From Bugula neritina (Eukaryota; Animalia; Bryozoa), in NCBI GenBank assembly GCA_964035545.1, contig OZ037767.1, positions 24,878,628 through 24,942,627 on the forward strand: DNA of 64,000 nucleotides, given 5' to 3'. Below the pieces are notes generated by a model that saw only the letters and a list, made by a program, of their open reading frames with translations, was not told where the DNA came from and made no database searches. A program made the translations under genes and the position numbers. Of the stretch, positions 29,826 through 43,900 are shown piece after piece. How positions within the stretch are numbered: position 1 is the stretch's first letter; each line of letters opens with the position of its first letter.

Positions 29826-29935
29826 TGGGTGTAGTAGTTAGAGCACTGGCCTAGTGAACATGGGGTCAGTGGTTTGAGTCCAAACAATAGTGGTCATGCT
29901 AGGAAGAGCATCCAGTCATAATCCCTCCTGTGCCA
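29826..29935 (+). mobile_element. Degenerate tRNA-derived SINE fragment
   Basis: A-box-like GGTGTAGTAGTTAGAGC and B-box-like GGTTTGAGTCC, followed by AGGAAGAGCATCCAGTCATAA..TGCCA, which resembles a SINE body segment. No intact cloverleaf. Confidence 0.4.
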
Positions 29936-30794
29936 TATATATACATTATGAATAAGTTTAAGCTCGATTTCAAAAAGCCTTTTCCACCAGGGGTGCTCAC
30001 ATGGATAGCGGCTATAAACTTGTATGAGTAAGCATGAAATAAGCCCTAGATAATGATATGAAGACACATAAATCAGTGATAAAAAAGAAATAGCATTGCA
30101 GGTATGGACATGAGGTGACGCAATGTCAAATCTCACAGACTAAGAATCTCACAGACTCTCAGTCCCCACAGCGTAATGTACAAGTCTACAGTGACACTCT
30201 ACTTATAGCAGGATGTCACTGTAGACTGCAGCAGACACTAGCAATATTTACTTTATTTACATAAAAGGCTCTGATTAAAGGCAAAATTGTTAGGTAAAGT
30301 GGTATGGGCCTTCGGCTTAGCTGCTTTCAAATTTTTATTTACCATATTTTGTTTTAACTGACCTTAACACTATTATGGATGCAAATCTTAATGACAGTAC
30401 CAAGTTTCACAAATATTGTTTCATGCATTTTGCAAATTTTGCCAAGTTTATAGCACCTCTTTTCTCTGGAAAGTACAATTTCTACAGACCTGTGCTTTGT
30501 GTGTGGCAACTTTTGTTTAATGTTGAAAAGAAATTGTTGCTGCCATTATTTTTTTGTGTAAATTAGCTGCAATAAAATGAAGAAATTTGAGCAATCAAAA
30601 GATGGTTTGAAGACTTTTCCTTTGGTGAATAAAATTAAAACACGGTTAACAATTGGACAGACCATCCATTAATACTATAGAACCAGACTAGTTTTTATTT
30701 ACATTATGATGCTTCCATACATGGAGATGTTCCTCTTTTAGTGACCTAGTAAAGCTATTTTTGGTCAATGTAACTTCTCATACTAGAACCATAC

Positions 30795-30802
30795 TATAAA
30801 AG
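30795..30802 (+). promoter_or_regulatory. Candidate TATA box (TATAAAAG) for TH-B
   Basis: Consensus TATA. A donor AAG|GTAATA at 31021 and an acceptor at 31350 would give a non-coding first exon. Confidence 0.35.
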
Positions 30803-31376
30803 TGCAACCATGGCAACACTTTTTAGCTGACAAATATATTACTATTTTTAGCTTTTATACATGATCAGGGCAGCTTTCAGACTACCTGCATGTACCTCCA
30901 TATTTCTTCTTTCTTGGGTATATTATAGCCAGTCTCCCACACACATGCTATTCTTCTGAATGAGCTTCATAGGTTCAGACCACTGTCTGCTTGGCACCAT
31001 CTGAAAAGAAGTTACGTTAAGGTAATACAAACGATACTACAATTACTCCTTCTTTTTCGCAGCTGTGCATTGCCATTCACTCATCAATAATAATCTGTAT
31101 TACTATAAATGAATATACGCACTTAGAGTAATTACTATCCAGTTCTCATTAATCTAATGCATTAGCCTTGTATCATAAAATAGTGATGATTTTCATTTAC
31201 AGGATTTTAATATAGAAGGTCTAAATGAATACTTTTTATAAACAATATACCACAGCAAATGTCTGATATCTCTTTGTGTTAAATTCGATATAATATGTTG
31301 TTCATGTGGAGAGAGATTACAGTTAGTATTATGATTATTTTTATGGCTAGACATTAAGAGGTGAGTGAGCTACTCA

Positions 31377-34300
31377 ATGGCTACAACAGAATACAGCAGT
31401 AATGGCCTGTTAGAAGAATCGTTGAAAAAGTCTGTAATCAAAGACAGCCCTCAGAAAAACGGCGCATACATTGAGCAAGTTGAAGAGAAATTCTACTGGG
31501 CTTGTTTAGTCGACGTGGTTGATGCCTGCAGTATCTCCAATGTGTGCAGAGAGTTTGAGGTACATTAATTTATTTTATTTCAACTTTTTTAAACATTCTT
31601 TCATATTGATTTATTCATTTAATTTTGATACTAGAAACTAAATTTTTTAACATTCTCTCATATTGATTTATTCATTTAATTTTTTAAAAGTTACTTTAGG
31701 GTACAAGATTGTCATATCAGTTATTTAACTCTATTTAAAACTGAGGTTACTGTATTATAGAAGATTTTCAAATAAGTCACAAGCAATAATACATAATATA
31801 TATTATATGATATATAATATATGATATATAATATATAATATATAATATATAGTATATAATATATAATATATTAGCAGCAGTGTGAGTTTGTTAAACAGCA
31901 GATAAAAGAGTGCTCAAATTATTATAGGTATAATAATGAGCAATTACATTATTAAGGAAAAGAGCAATTTAATTAAATGTTACTTTTACATTTATTGTGC
32001 TAATAATAGTTTCATGCTTCGTTAGTACTCCTCAGGCACATTATTAAATTTAAATTATGTATATATTATATATAATATTATAATATAATATCTAATTATC
32101 TGTTAGGAGCGGGGTGTGGCTATTCACCACATAGAGAGTAACTCAGTACCAGCCACACCAGACGAGTCTCTCCATAATGGTCACACAAACGGGAGCGCCT
32201 TGTCTTCTCACAAACTCTTGATACAATTTGAGGCTGCAAAGATTGTTGCTGATGCCATTGAGGTTTCTCTCAAGAAAGATAAGAAAGTTGGTAAGTTTAA
32301 ACTTTAAGTCACTTACAATGACAGAATAGTGTACATTATGAAACGTTAAAAACTGATGCAAGTGCTAGTACAATCATGTCACTAATTTTTGCATCAAAAG
32401 CTTTGTTTGCTCTACTGCAAGCAAATATTAGAATTTTGTTGTTGAGATTAAGAAAGTTGTCTAATAAACCAAAATATTGTTAACAGATAAAGTGTGCATG
32501 ATAAGGGAAGACGAATCAGCAAATGAAGAATCAATATGGATTCCTATTCACATCTCAGATCTAGATAAATGCAATCATTTGATCACCAAGTTCGATCCTG
32601 ACCTTGACCAAGGTCATCCAGGATTTGACGATTTAGCGTATCGACAAAGACGTCAGGAGATTGCTGATATTGCATTTGCTTACAAGCAGTAAGTACTAGT
32701 AATGAAAAACATTTTACATAAACTAACATATCTGATTCCTTAGATAATCCTTGTTCTTAAGTAGAAGTGTTATGGCAGCCACATTACAGGTTGTCACATT
32801 ACAGGTTGTCAGCATTTAATAGTTGAAGGTAATTCAAACATTGTCGAATACTGAGAGCAACCAATCTTAGTTTGCTAGAAATATTGGCTATACTTATATT
32901 ACTGAAATATGTATATACTTTGTAATAAATTAAAATACAGAATTAATTTGAATTAGTGACTGAAACAGGAGATAGAAGTACATATTTGCAATTTCAATTC
33001 ATCTGGCATAACAGCATTATAGACTATATACTGATTTTATTTGTGTTTATGGTGTAGCTCTTATAAGTGTTTTAACCTTTATAGAGGAGATCCAATCCCT
33101 GATGTAGTGTACATCCCAGAAGAAGCTGAAGCATGGTATGTTTTAGAACAAAACTCAGTCAAAGTATTTCTAATTTAAATGTATAAATTCATGGTGAATA
33201 CACAAAATTCATATGTATTATTAATCCTGGGGCATCTTGCCATTCTAGGAAGAGGGCATATAAAACTCTGAAGGAACTATTTCCTACGCATGCCTCGGCA
33301 GCTCACATTTACAACTTTGAACTCCTTGAGAAAGAAAACATCTACACTCCAGACAGAATCCCTCAACTCAATGAAGTTTCAGAGTTTTTGAAAAGTAAGG
33401 AAATTGCTTGTTGACCACTAGCTAAAGCAAAGAACTTTCAACTTCAAATAGGCATCATTGAACATAACATATTAAACTAAGAACTTTTCAATTTTTTAAA
33501 AGATTTTTACAACTAGTTTAAAAAAGGATTGAATCGTTTTATTACAGGACACTCTGGATTCACCCTGCGTCCAGTTGCCGGTCTAGTCAGTGCCAGAGAC
33601 TTCCTGTCCAGTTTGGCTTTCAGAGTGTTTCAGTGCACTCAGTATGTCAGACATTATTCTAAACCAGATCATTCCCCAGAGCCTGACTGCATTCACGAAC
33701 TACTTGGTCACGTGCCTATGCTAGCAGACCCAGACTTTGCCCAATTCTCTCAGGAATTGGGGCTAATTAGCCTTGGGGCAAGTGATGACGATCTAACTAA
33801 ACTGGCAACGGTAAGTAGATCACAACACATGTTCTTTCAAATATACATTTAAAGTGTAAGTATACAGCTGAAAAGCAGACATATATCGTTAAATAATTAA
33901 ACAATTCATTAATAAAGTATATTATTAACAGCATATACTGAATATGTATGCATATCTTCAACTTCAGACTATTCATTGAAGCTTAAATTTTAACTTGGTC
34001 TAAGTATTCTAGTCCAAAGAAAAATGAAAACACTTAAAATGTTTTCTATTTGATTCAGCTGTACTGGTTCACTGTGGAGTTTGGGTTGTGCAGAGAGAAT
34101 GGAGAAGTGAGAGCCTTTGGTGCAGGTCTTCTTTCAGCATATGGCGAGCTGTTGCACGCACTATCAGGTATATAGTGTCAAATCTGTCTCATTGCAAAGT
34201 TGAATATATAATAGTATAATAAATCATAGTATAATAATATATAATAATATATGCATAATAGTTATATGCATAATATATAATATCATGTATAATATATATA

Positions 34301-35485
34301 GTATAATAGAATTTTATATCCTAAAATATTAAATCAAAGTTTTGCTTGTTTCTGCAGTTTTTCTGCTTGTATTGGGTTTAAATTCTCACCTTTTTAGCAG
34401 CAGTTGAGATCTGCAAAAACTAGTAGCAATTTAACGAGCATAAATAGTGTCAAGTGCTAAAATCTTTCAGGTACTGCTCACGTAAAAAATAAGGGCGGAA
34501 CATGCAGTCTAAAGCATGATATTTGTTAGCTATAAAAGTGTGTCATCCCTCATCATTCTCTTGCCAAGTGCTGTGCCCATTTAAAGATCAAACGCTTAAG
34601 AAATGCACCCTGCAGTTTGTTAGCAATTTACTGCAGGGTTATGCTATGCAAAGACTTGTGTTGTGAGCTCAATGATGCGACTTTCAAAACTAGGTATTGC
34701 ATTTCTAGGCTACATTGCTCTTAGCTTATGCACGAGTGCAGTACTGCACTGTGTAATCACCACTTAAAAAAATCCTTACAGGCTAGTAACTTCATTAAAA
34801 ATAAATAAACTCAAGAGCTATCTTTTATTTATTCCTTTATTTGCATAAATGAATAAAGCAAAATTATATTTTGATACTACTGTATCTATTTTAGAGTTTG
34901 AATTGACGGTGGATACAGTAATATCTGAAGTATAAGTATACTTTAGATATTTATATAAATAAAGTAGTAAATAAAAAATGTTCCTCGTTTATTTATTTGT
35001 GATCTTGTACTGGTTTTAGGCAAACCTGAACTGAGGCCATTCGAAGCTGCTGCGGTAGCTGTTCAGCCATATCAAGATCGGCATTACCAAGATGTCTACT
35101 TTGTAGCCGACTCTTTCGAAGACATGAAAGAGAGAGTCAGGTTTGTAGCGTTTTAGCAAAGTAAAACGAATCTGATACTTTGTTGTTAAAATATAGCCAG
35201 TGCTTTTTTAGTTTATATGACTGACAGTTGGATGAAAACTGAAAAGGAAATGTTTTATTTAAAAATATACACACAGATAATAATATTTATTACAGAGCTT
35301 TTGCAAAAACAATAAAGAAACCTCACATGGTAGGCTACGATCCCTACACCCAATGTGTTCAGTTATTGGATAAACCCAGGGCTATTCATAAAGTCATTGA
35401 AGAGGTTAAAGATCAATTGAATAACATATACACAATACTAGAAGAGGTTGTTGTTCACAAGGAAAAAGAGAGAAGAAAACTCTAA
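31377..35485 (+). CDS. TH: Tyrosine 3-monooxygenase paralog B (~482 aa, N-terminally truncated)
   Basis: Exons 31377-31559, 32107-32290, 32487-32688, 33085-33135, 33249-33394, 33548-33810, 34059-34167, 35020-35140, 35296-35485, with the same intron positions as TH-A. Iron ligands HELLGH and E of TVEFG intact; PYQD retained; in-frame TGA at 31362 lies upstream of the ATG. Confidence 0.93.
34471..34744. mobile_element. Decayed MITE in a TH-B intron
   Basis: Degenerate inverted ends GTACTGCTCACGT.. / ..ACGAGTGCAGTAC with patchy further complementarity. Confidence 0.3.
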
Positions 35486-37926
35486 AGAATCTGTGCTGAT
35501 GGTTCAAACCTTGTAATTTTGTATCACTGTAATATTTTGATGCTAGTCTTTCTGGATTAGATTGTATTTTTGTGGTAATAGACATATGAAATGTTATTTG
35601 GATGACAGAATGATTGCATTATGATGATCCTCCTAGAACTATATTGTACTGTACTTTTGCCATAGAGCTTTCAATGTTTGTATTGTTGTTTAAAACCATA
35701 CTCGTTGGTAACTTGGAAAGTAGCTAGCTGTATTTTATATAATATTTTAAGAGATTTCTTCAATCTCATAGCTAGATGGCTCTGCTATAGCAGCATAATA
35801 GTATTTCAATAACGTGTAACTTTATTTAATTCATATATTGTTATTATCTGTAACAATCATAATCACTTTTGTTTCAAATAAAAGATTTTCATTGCAACCA
35901 ATTGCTTTATACGATCTTGAAGTTTTTAACTAGGGATTAGTTCCAACATTACAGTGAATTTGAAGAAACTCAAAGGCTAAAGTATTTAAAAATTGTTGTG
36001 TATCGAATAATTTAGAGTAAATTCTACAACTTGTTAGAATATAATGTGAAAAATTTCCATGATCATTGTGTATATGTGATTTTACGGTCTATAATTGTCT
36101 GACTAGGAAAAAGTTTCAAGTTCTATAAGCTTAAATTATATACGAAAATCGGGCATAACTTGCGATGACCTAATAATTTACTCTCATCATTACAGATACT
36201 TATTAATAATACATACTATAACTGATTAGTATTACATATAAACCAAAATCACATAAAATTTTAATTCATCTGGGTATGCTAAAACAGCATATAGGCTAGA
36301 AAACCTTGAGATGATAAAAATTTTAATTAATTCTTAAAAATATTTCTAATTTGGCTGGGTGATATAATAAATTGTTAGCATACATGTAGCTAGCAAAGTT
36401 GGATTCTCTCATTTCTACAATGCATTAAATGCCTAAAATAAAGTTTAAAAATTCATTCACAGCATTAAAATAGTTTTCGGAGTAGCATAAACCATATTAT
36501 CTGTTGGCAAATATCAGATTCAAGCAAAGGTTTTTGGGGAAGAAGTGTAGTAGTGGTGTTAACAAAGAATAAATTGCTTACCAGCAGAAAACTGAATTGG
36601 GTTGAATCAGTATAGGTGTAAGCTGCCTATATACTAATGTATGCTGGCTAGATACAACATGGTCTGTATTGTAAGCTATAGTAAATTACACACCAAGACC
36701 TGATAAATATCAGATATTAATTCAAAAAGAAAGAAGAGGGCATTGCTCCATGTTTTTTACAACTACACAGTTGCTGTTAATGACCTGTGCATAACTTGCC
36801 GTGTAAATAGGAAAGTTGTAAGCAATATTTATGGAACTGAACTGAACCCTTAACTAGCACATTCTATTTTACTTTCTTATGACAACCTCTCCACATAAAA
36901 TATTTCACACTTCTGCATTGGTTTTTATCAATTAAATAATCTGGTCAGTTAGAATATTGCTAGAAGCAGCACTGAGTATTTGTATACATACTGTCCAGAC
37001 ACAACCCTTCACTAACAACTGCACTCAGTGACCACCAATTTAGTGCTGCTTCAAACAATTTTCGGCAACTTATGTTTTTAACTTTTAGCCAGTAAACCAA
37101 CAAGGTTAGTCAGTGCCTTACTGACAGGCATTATTAAAAATCGAGTCTCCATAGTTATAAACACAGCAGAACAAGTGATTATAGGCATCAAAATGGCAGT
37201 CAACTGAATTATTATAACCTTCTTGAATAAAACAGCATGTTCTGCATATGTGCTGTACTACATATTTACACTTGAGTCAGAGAACTTTCACAACTTCCTA
37301 ATTCAAAGTGTTTACTGCTGTTGCTCTGAATGAAATTAAAGACATTGCTTTAGCTAAGTGTAGCAGTGCAGAAGGTAGACTTGAAGACATTATATTAGTC
37401 ATTATATTTATTGCAAATCAATTATATTATTATATAAAAAATTATTACCATACATAATATCACCTTTTTAAATTGATTAATAAAATGTGAAAAATACATT
37501 TGCATAATATATAATATATAGCCATAATAGTTATACATATAAGGGATAGGCTATGCAGTTATATTTATTACACATAAAACATAGCATTTATGGAAACAGT
37601 TAAATGAATTATATGACTAGTCTAGTATATTTTATTAATTCCTACAGTCAGTCAAATAACTTACTAAAAAAGTTAGCACGGATTAAGCCCCAGCAACTGA
37701 AATGAGAAAGGTCTCATCACAAAAAGCATTTCAATCATATGAAAACTAGAAATAACGTTACAGAGTACACAAAATAAAGTATGGACAGTATATCTAATAG
37801 AAATCCTGAATATACAAAAACTTTCAACAATAATATAACTATAAACATTGACATAGATGAAGTCATGTGATGGTCAGAAGGATAGACATTGCATATGCAC
37901 ATAGCCATGTTACCATAGCAACAATA

Positions 37927-40900
37927 TTAAACATAAGTCACCAGTTTATCAGTGTCCACAGAGAACTTGGCCACCATGCGCTTCTTTGTCAGAGACACAC
38001 GGTAGTTGGTGTTGGTGAGCTCAAACTCCGTACCCGACTGGATTGTTCCATCACACATGAACTGAATAGCAACTGAGGAGGGGGTACTGGGGCCTGCCGC
38101 AAGATTAAACCTAGCTTTCAGAGTACCTTTGCTGCCGGCACCAGACTTGAGCTCTGCAAACCTCCACAGGATCTTCTCGTGAGGTGCGCTCCATACCCCC
38201 TCTGGCATGCTCTGCACACTGGAAACACCTCCATTCACCGGCACTAAGAATTGCAACTGTGTGAGAGGCAGGGGCTTACTTAGAGCGCTCCCAACATATT
38301 CATACTCTAGCCTCAGGTCCGTAGTCTCAGGCTCACACTTCCAGTAGACCGCTGGTATTAATGGTAAGCACGTAACGTTGAGTGTATAACGGGCAATGTC
38401 TATGTTGAAGTGTTTAGATGTCGGCTCCTTTGCTTGTCTGGCCTAAACATAAAATGAAATTACGTTATAATGTTAAAACAAACAGAGACAGTTGCTTTTT
38501 TATCCTAGTAAATTTTTTTTTAAAAAGTATGTGTATAAATTTGAAATAAAAATATGTTTTCAAAAGAAACACTATAGAATACATATAAATAAGATTATGG
38601 TGGTGGGAAATATAAAAGAAATTCTAAACATAATTGTCTTTTAATCTTAAATTGGGAAGAGGGCCCATGTAAGTGTAAAGCACTAACAAAAAAATGCAAT
38701 CTGTCCTTCATGTTTTTACTAAAATCAAGCTATTACTAATAAAAATATTATTCACATCAAATTAGACAAAACTGGGGCAGACAAACACACCGGTATTCTA
38801 TTAATAAACAGCAAGACACTTAACACTCCTTTACCACTCAACCAGCATATGCTGGGAAGTGGTGAACGCATCTCTAAGCTATGCGCTGCTGTACCAGCAT
38901 CTTCCTACAATAAAGCTACTTAAAGGAATTCTTGGCCAAGAGACATGAGGGACTGAGACGTATGAAGTACTCCTACCTACATATAGTCGGCTTTAGCCCG
39001 AATTCCCACAATTCATTACAACTTTTTATCGTAAAACTGGGCCCTCGAAAAACGAGTAGTCGAAATTTCAAGCTTTTTACTTGGGGGGGGGGGGGGGTTT
39101 CTTTAAAGAATAGATTGTGAAAAATTGTAGCTCTATGGTCAACATTGAGATAGGAACACCACTAGTGTTAATATACATCATAGTTCCAGTAGAAACGGCG
39201 GAGGCAATAGTTGGGAGTCAAGACTGTAAAGTGCCCATGATTGAACTATAATTATTTTAAGAGTAGAGAATTTGCAAGGCCTTTATGCAAGACTGGTTCG
39301 TTAGAGACAGCAGTTGTCTGCCCACAGATTTGTATTGAAAACCAAGTTGGACACAGAGATTAAAGTCATTTCCTGTTGTCTAACAGTCCAGCCACTATGC
39401 TGCCTTACATTGCTGTGTGAGATTTCAGTATATAGCAAGATGAGACATGTTGTGTGAAGAGAATTAGATATCAAAACTATCAGTCGTCACAACTGCACTG
39501 CTTAAAGCACGCACGTTGAAATGTAATTAAGATTATCTACTCCTGTATCTAATCAGAAGAGTCATAAAAGGCTACTTGGTTTTGGTAAAGCATGGTGAAG
39601 ATTTTGCTTTAAACCAGAATAAAACAGATCTTTCTACAAACACCAGGAATATTTGCTAAGCTATTATAAGAAGTGTCACTTTCTTTTTGTTTGAAGCATA
39701 TCTTAAGCTTGTGATATTTATATTTCAGATTTTATATGCACCCTTTATCAATCTTAGCTGAATATTATTATTAGCCAATTGAAAGCTATAAGAGTAATTT
39801 GACTGATCAGAAACAGAACTGGCAAATCTTGTTGAATTCTACCGAAAAAATCTTAGCTGGTTTCATAACTGTGATGTTTACAAAAAGCTCACACCTGTAA
39901 AACCGAATGTTCTATGTTATCGTAAATAAGAAATATTTATAGAATGAAAAACTAGTAGTGAAGCAATATACCTTCAAGTGGGTGAGTAGAGATGAACTGT
40001 TGAATGTATGAATATCTCCGTTAGTCTGCACCAACTCTGAGTTGACCTTCACCTGCGCTGGAGATCGGCCAGCAATCTTAAAGGACAACTCCGGCAGGCT
40101 AGTATGATTGGCAGTGTCGGCAGGAAATGACATCATCAGCTCACCAGATACCTGGGAAACAAAACATGGTCAAATGAGTTGGCATCATATTTCACTAAAT
40201 AATGTTTTCTGCGTATAATCTATGGAAACTATTAGCACAGGCCCGTGAGAAACTAATTTTAAATAAAAGAAAACAACTCCTAAAAAAACAAACCATAATG
40301 CCTAACATTAGTGATTGAAAACATAGTTTGAGATTTAGATTGGGAAAGATGACAAAGGTTTCTACTAAAGTGATATTGCTAGAAACAAAGAAAATAACTT
40401 TCCACAGATAAAACCTTGAATTAAATGTCTTCGAATGAATAGCAAAGTACAACTATGGTTGCAAAACTAGACGTAGGCAACAACTTTTACAGTTATTCCT
40501 ACATTCGGAGTTGTGTTATCAAGAACGAAAATTACGTGAGCAATTTGATTGACATCAATAATTGAAGACAATGAAAATCTACATCTGATGAATTACTAGG
40601 AACTAACCTGGGACTCGTGCTCAGATCCCCTGAACTTTGACATGATAGTCTCAGTAAGAGCAATGGCTATTGGTAAGCGATCTACAGTGACTTGGTTGGC
40701 TGTATAAGTCTGAACGTTAGCCTGTGGGAATGAGTTACTAGTCCTAGTCATCATAGAGGAAAGCGGGCTATAGCTAAAACACATTGGACCAATCATGACA
40801 CTCGCTAGAAGGAAGACAGGAAATAAGACAAACATGAACTGTAAAACTTTTCTTTAGCAGTCATGAAATTTTAAAAAGAAAAAACTAGTTGGAGCCGAGA

Positions 40901-43900
40901 AGTCAAGTGGGCGTGGCCTATGAGACTAGTAACTCCTATACTTCAAACTTCAATGATAATTCCAAAATGACCTCTAAGTTAAATTGACTTCTAACTTCAG
41001 GCTCAAACTAGTGTTTTTCTTTCTAAAACACCACTCTGTAAAAACCAGTCTGAATTTAACAACTATCATATAGACAACTTTATAAAAACAGTTCACAACA
41101 CCAGCGTCATGTTGCTTGACAGTGCATATGAACAGCAGCGTGATTGTATATATATAACAAATATATATAAACATTTTATAAATAACAATTTATAGCTAAG
41201 ACATCAATGATATTTGACTAGTAGTTGAAAACTAAACCAGTCTCCAGAGTACAGATATAATAAAACTAACATGAAACAACTAACAAAGAGAATCTTAACA
41301 TAAATGAAGACTAAAATTTCAAGTGAAGTAGAAGATTGAACTGAGCTAAAAAACAATGAACACAATTAAAACATTTAAACTAACGACTTGCCATATTTTC
41401 ATATAAAAAACAAGATGCAAGTTTATTCTGAAGCATAGCTAAAGATTAGAAGTTTTTATGGCTGAAAAACCAAGTATAAATATACACACTTCGAGTCATT
41501 GAAAATAACATCAAGTAAATTATTAACTCGTTTCTGGTTAAAATCATAAGGGCACAAAAACTCAAATGTTTAATTTGACAATGCTTACTCAAAGAGAAAA
41601 AGTAAATGATTTTAATTGAGTAACGCATAACTAAATTACATTAACATGATGATCTACATGTATGTTAACCTAATGATCTACATACATGTACATTAACCTA
41701 ACGATCTACAAGTACATTAATCCGATGACCTACATGTACACTAACTTAGTGACCTACATGTACACTAGCTTAGTGACCTACATGTACACTAACTTAGTGA
41801 CCTACATGTACACTAACTTAGTGACCTACATGTACACTAGCTTAGCGACCTACATGTACACTAACTTAGTGACCTACATGTACACTAGCTTAGTGACCTA
41901 CATGTACACTAACTTAGTGACCTACATGTACACTAGCTTAGTGACCTACATGTACACTAGCTTAGTGACCTACATGTACACTAATCTAATGATCTATTTT
42001 GCGTGTGAACTCATTCGTTATAATTCAACAGGAATGGCTGTTTTAGATTTAAATAAATGCCAAGAGTGAAATTTTAAACAAATAATATATTTAAAGTAAC
42101 AAATATAGTTTTTACACAATATAGAACAATCAATGTGAAAACTGTTTACAGGACAAAACTAAACCACTGGAGATGAAAGAAGACCTTGAAAATTATCAAA
42201 CTCAGATAGAGGCGGAAGTATGCAAGTGGAGAAAACTACTAGCTGTTAAAAAGTAAAACTATATTGATTGTTAAATTTGCTGGTTTCTATATGTGTTGTG
42301 CGCGAAGCTGATGATATGTCACTGTCAGTAACTCAGCATAATAAACAAAATATTTATAGTTATTTTAAACCAATGACACTGAAACCATGCAACTTTTACT
42401 GTATAAGATATACATAGCGGACTGGGAGGTGAAATGATTACAGGTACAGGTGTTCCACCCACGGCACAACCTGTCAACAACAACCTACCGGCCAGCAGAT
42501 ATGCGGCTAGAATTACTGCTTGTGATATCTTTTCTAGAGGGAGGACGCGGCAAGCCTGGAATGACAGGTGACTGAATGCCTTGACTATTAGAGTTCGTAG
42601 TATTTGATTTCCACGCATCAAATACTTCCTTATCTTCAGCCGAAATAGTTGTTTCCGTTAATGGTATGTTGGCCCAAGAAATAGGAGTTGTCCCTACATA
42701 ATCAAGAAATACATAGCCTTTAAACTTCACATTATTTAGTCAATGGAAATTGTTTTTAGAGAGGGGATTGAAGCATATAGTAGCCATAGAGATGTACAGC
42801 ACAGGACTGCATAGTTGAAGTATTTGAAGAAGCTGATAGTAAGACATAGTCCATGACAGGACGTAACATGAGTTACTGCATGCAATATTCTTGTTCAGCT
42901 TATACACAATGGGCTACTGATCAATACACTGCAAGAAGTATGGTGATTGATGATTTCAAGTAGAGTATTTTTAAACTTGGAAAGTGTGCATTTGACATGT
43001 TCACACTGAAAGCATATCAAAAATAGTGCGATAACCAGCTGCTTTGAGCTATGATGATTATAGGCACTGTACAACAGGCTGGTGAAAGAACATTACCAAG
43101 TTAATCTGACAAAACTACATTGATATGTACTATTGCATATATCAGATATAACAAGACACTACCATTACAACAGCAAGTGACCAGATATCTATATGATCTA
43201 GCAGAAGATGACAACTCCCACATCCACAACATTTGAGAAGTTTAATAAGAATCACCAAGTTGTGTTTCAGGCAACAAACAATGTGCAGACATGTGCAGAA
43301 TGTATATAAACATGCTTTGCTCAGGAAACATCTAATAGGCATGCATTAAAAGCGTCCTAAAACATTCAACTGGTTTAGCAGGATGTACACTCTACACAAT
43401 TACCATGCTGGTACACCAACCAAACTTACTCTTATATAACTGAAACGGCGTAGCGGCTATAAACAAAAATAAATATAGCAAGACTAACAGGAGCCAAACA
43501 TCAGAAGCCTACTGGCGGAAGGTTCTGGAAGCAAATAACAGTATTTTATTACTAGATGAGCCGAAATTAAATGTTTAACCAAATAAGATATTAATAAACA
43601 CACAAGGGACACACAGCAAACTGCATGTCATAGAGTGGAGAATGGCATTTGTTGCAAGCCCTTTCATATAGCGAATAATGGAAGCACGACTTCAAGATGA
43701 TTGCAAGACCATACAAGTATGAGATGAAAAACTAACAGCCATCAAGGCTTTGCGCTGACTCATACAACTATTCATCAGACACTTTGTAGAAACCAAAGAA
43801 ACCAAAACATAGATAGTGGAGCTAGCTCTCACCTCTGCTGCCGCTGTCAGGAGGGGGTGAGAAGCTGCCGAGCAAATCTCCTACAGCGTTGTTGTCAGAA

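Noticed and set aside
21609-35485. Calling the hydroxylases PAH or TPH
   Set aside because: SARDFL, FQCTQY, HSPEPD and PYQD, plus the [10 protein letters not shown]-terminus of copy A, are TH-type.
38920-39108. Possible TTAA-flanked (Kolobok-like) element with a poly-G run
   Set aside because: Terminal inverted repeats are too weak to support a call.
41686-42069. 127-aa repeat ORF and a CRISPR-like appearance (also 5582-5858 and 57090-57401)
   Set aside because: Head-to-tail intronic minisatellites with no unique spacers and no cas genes; eukaryotic context.
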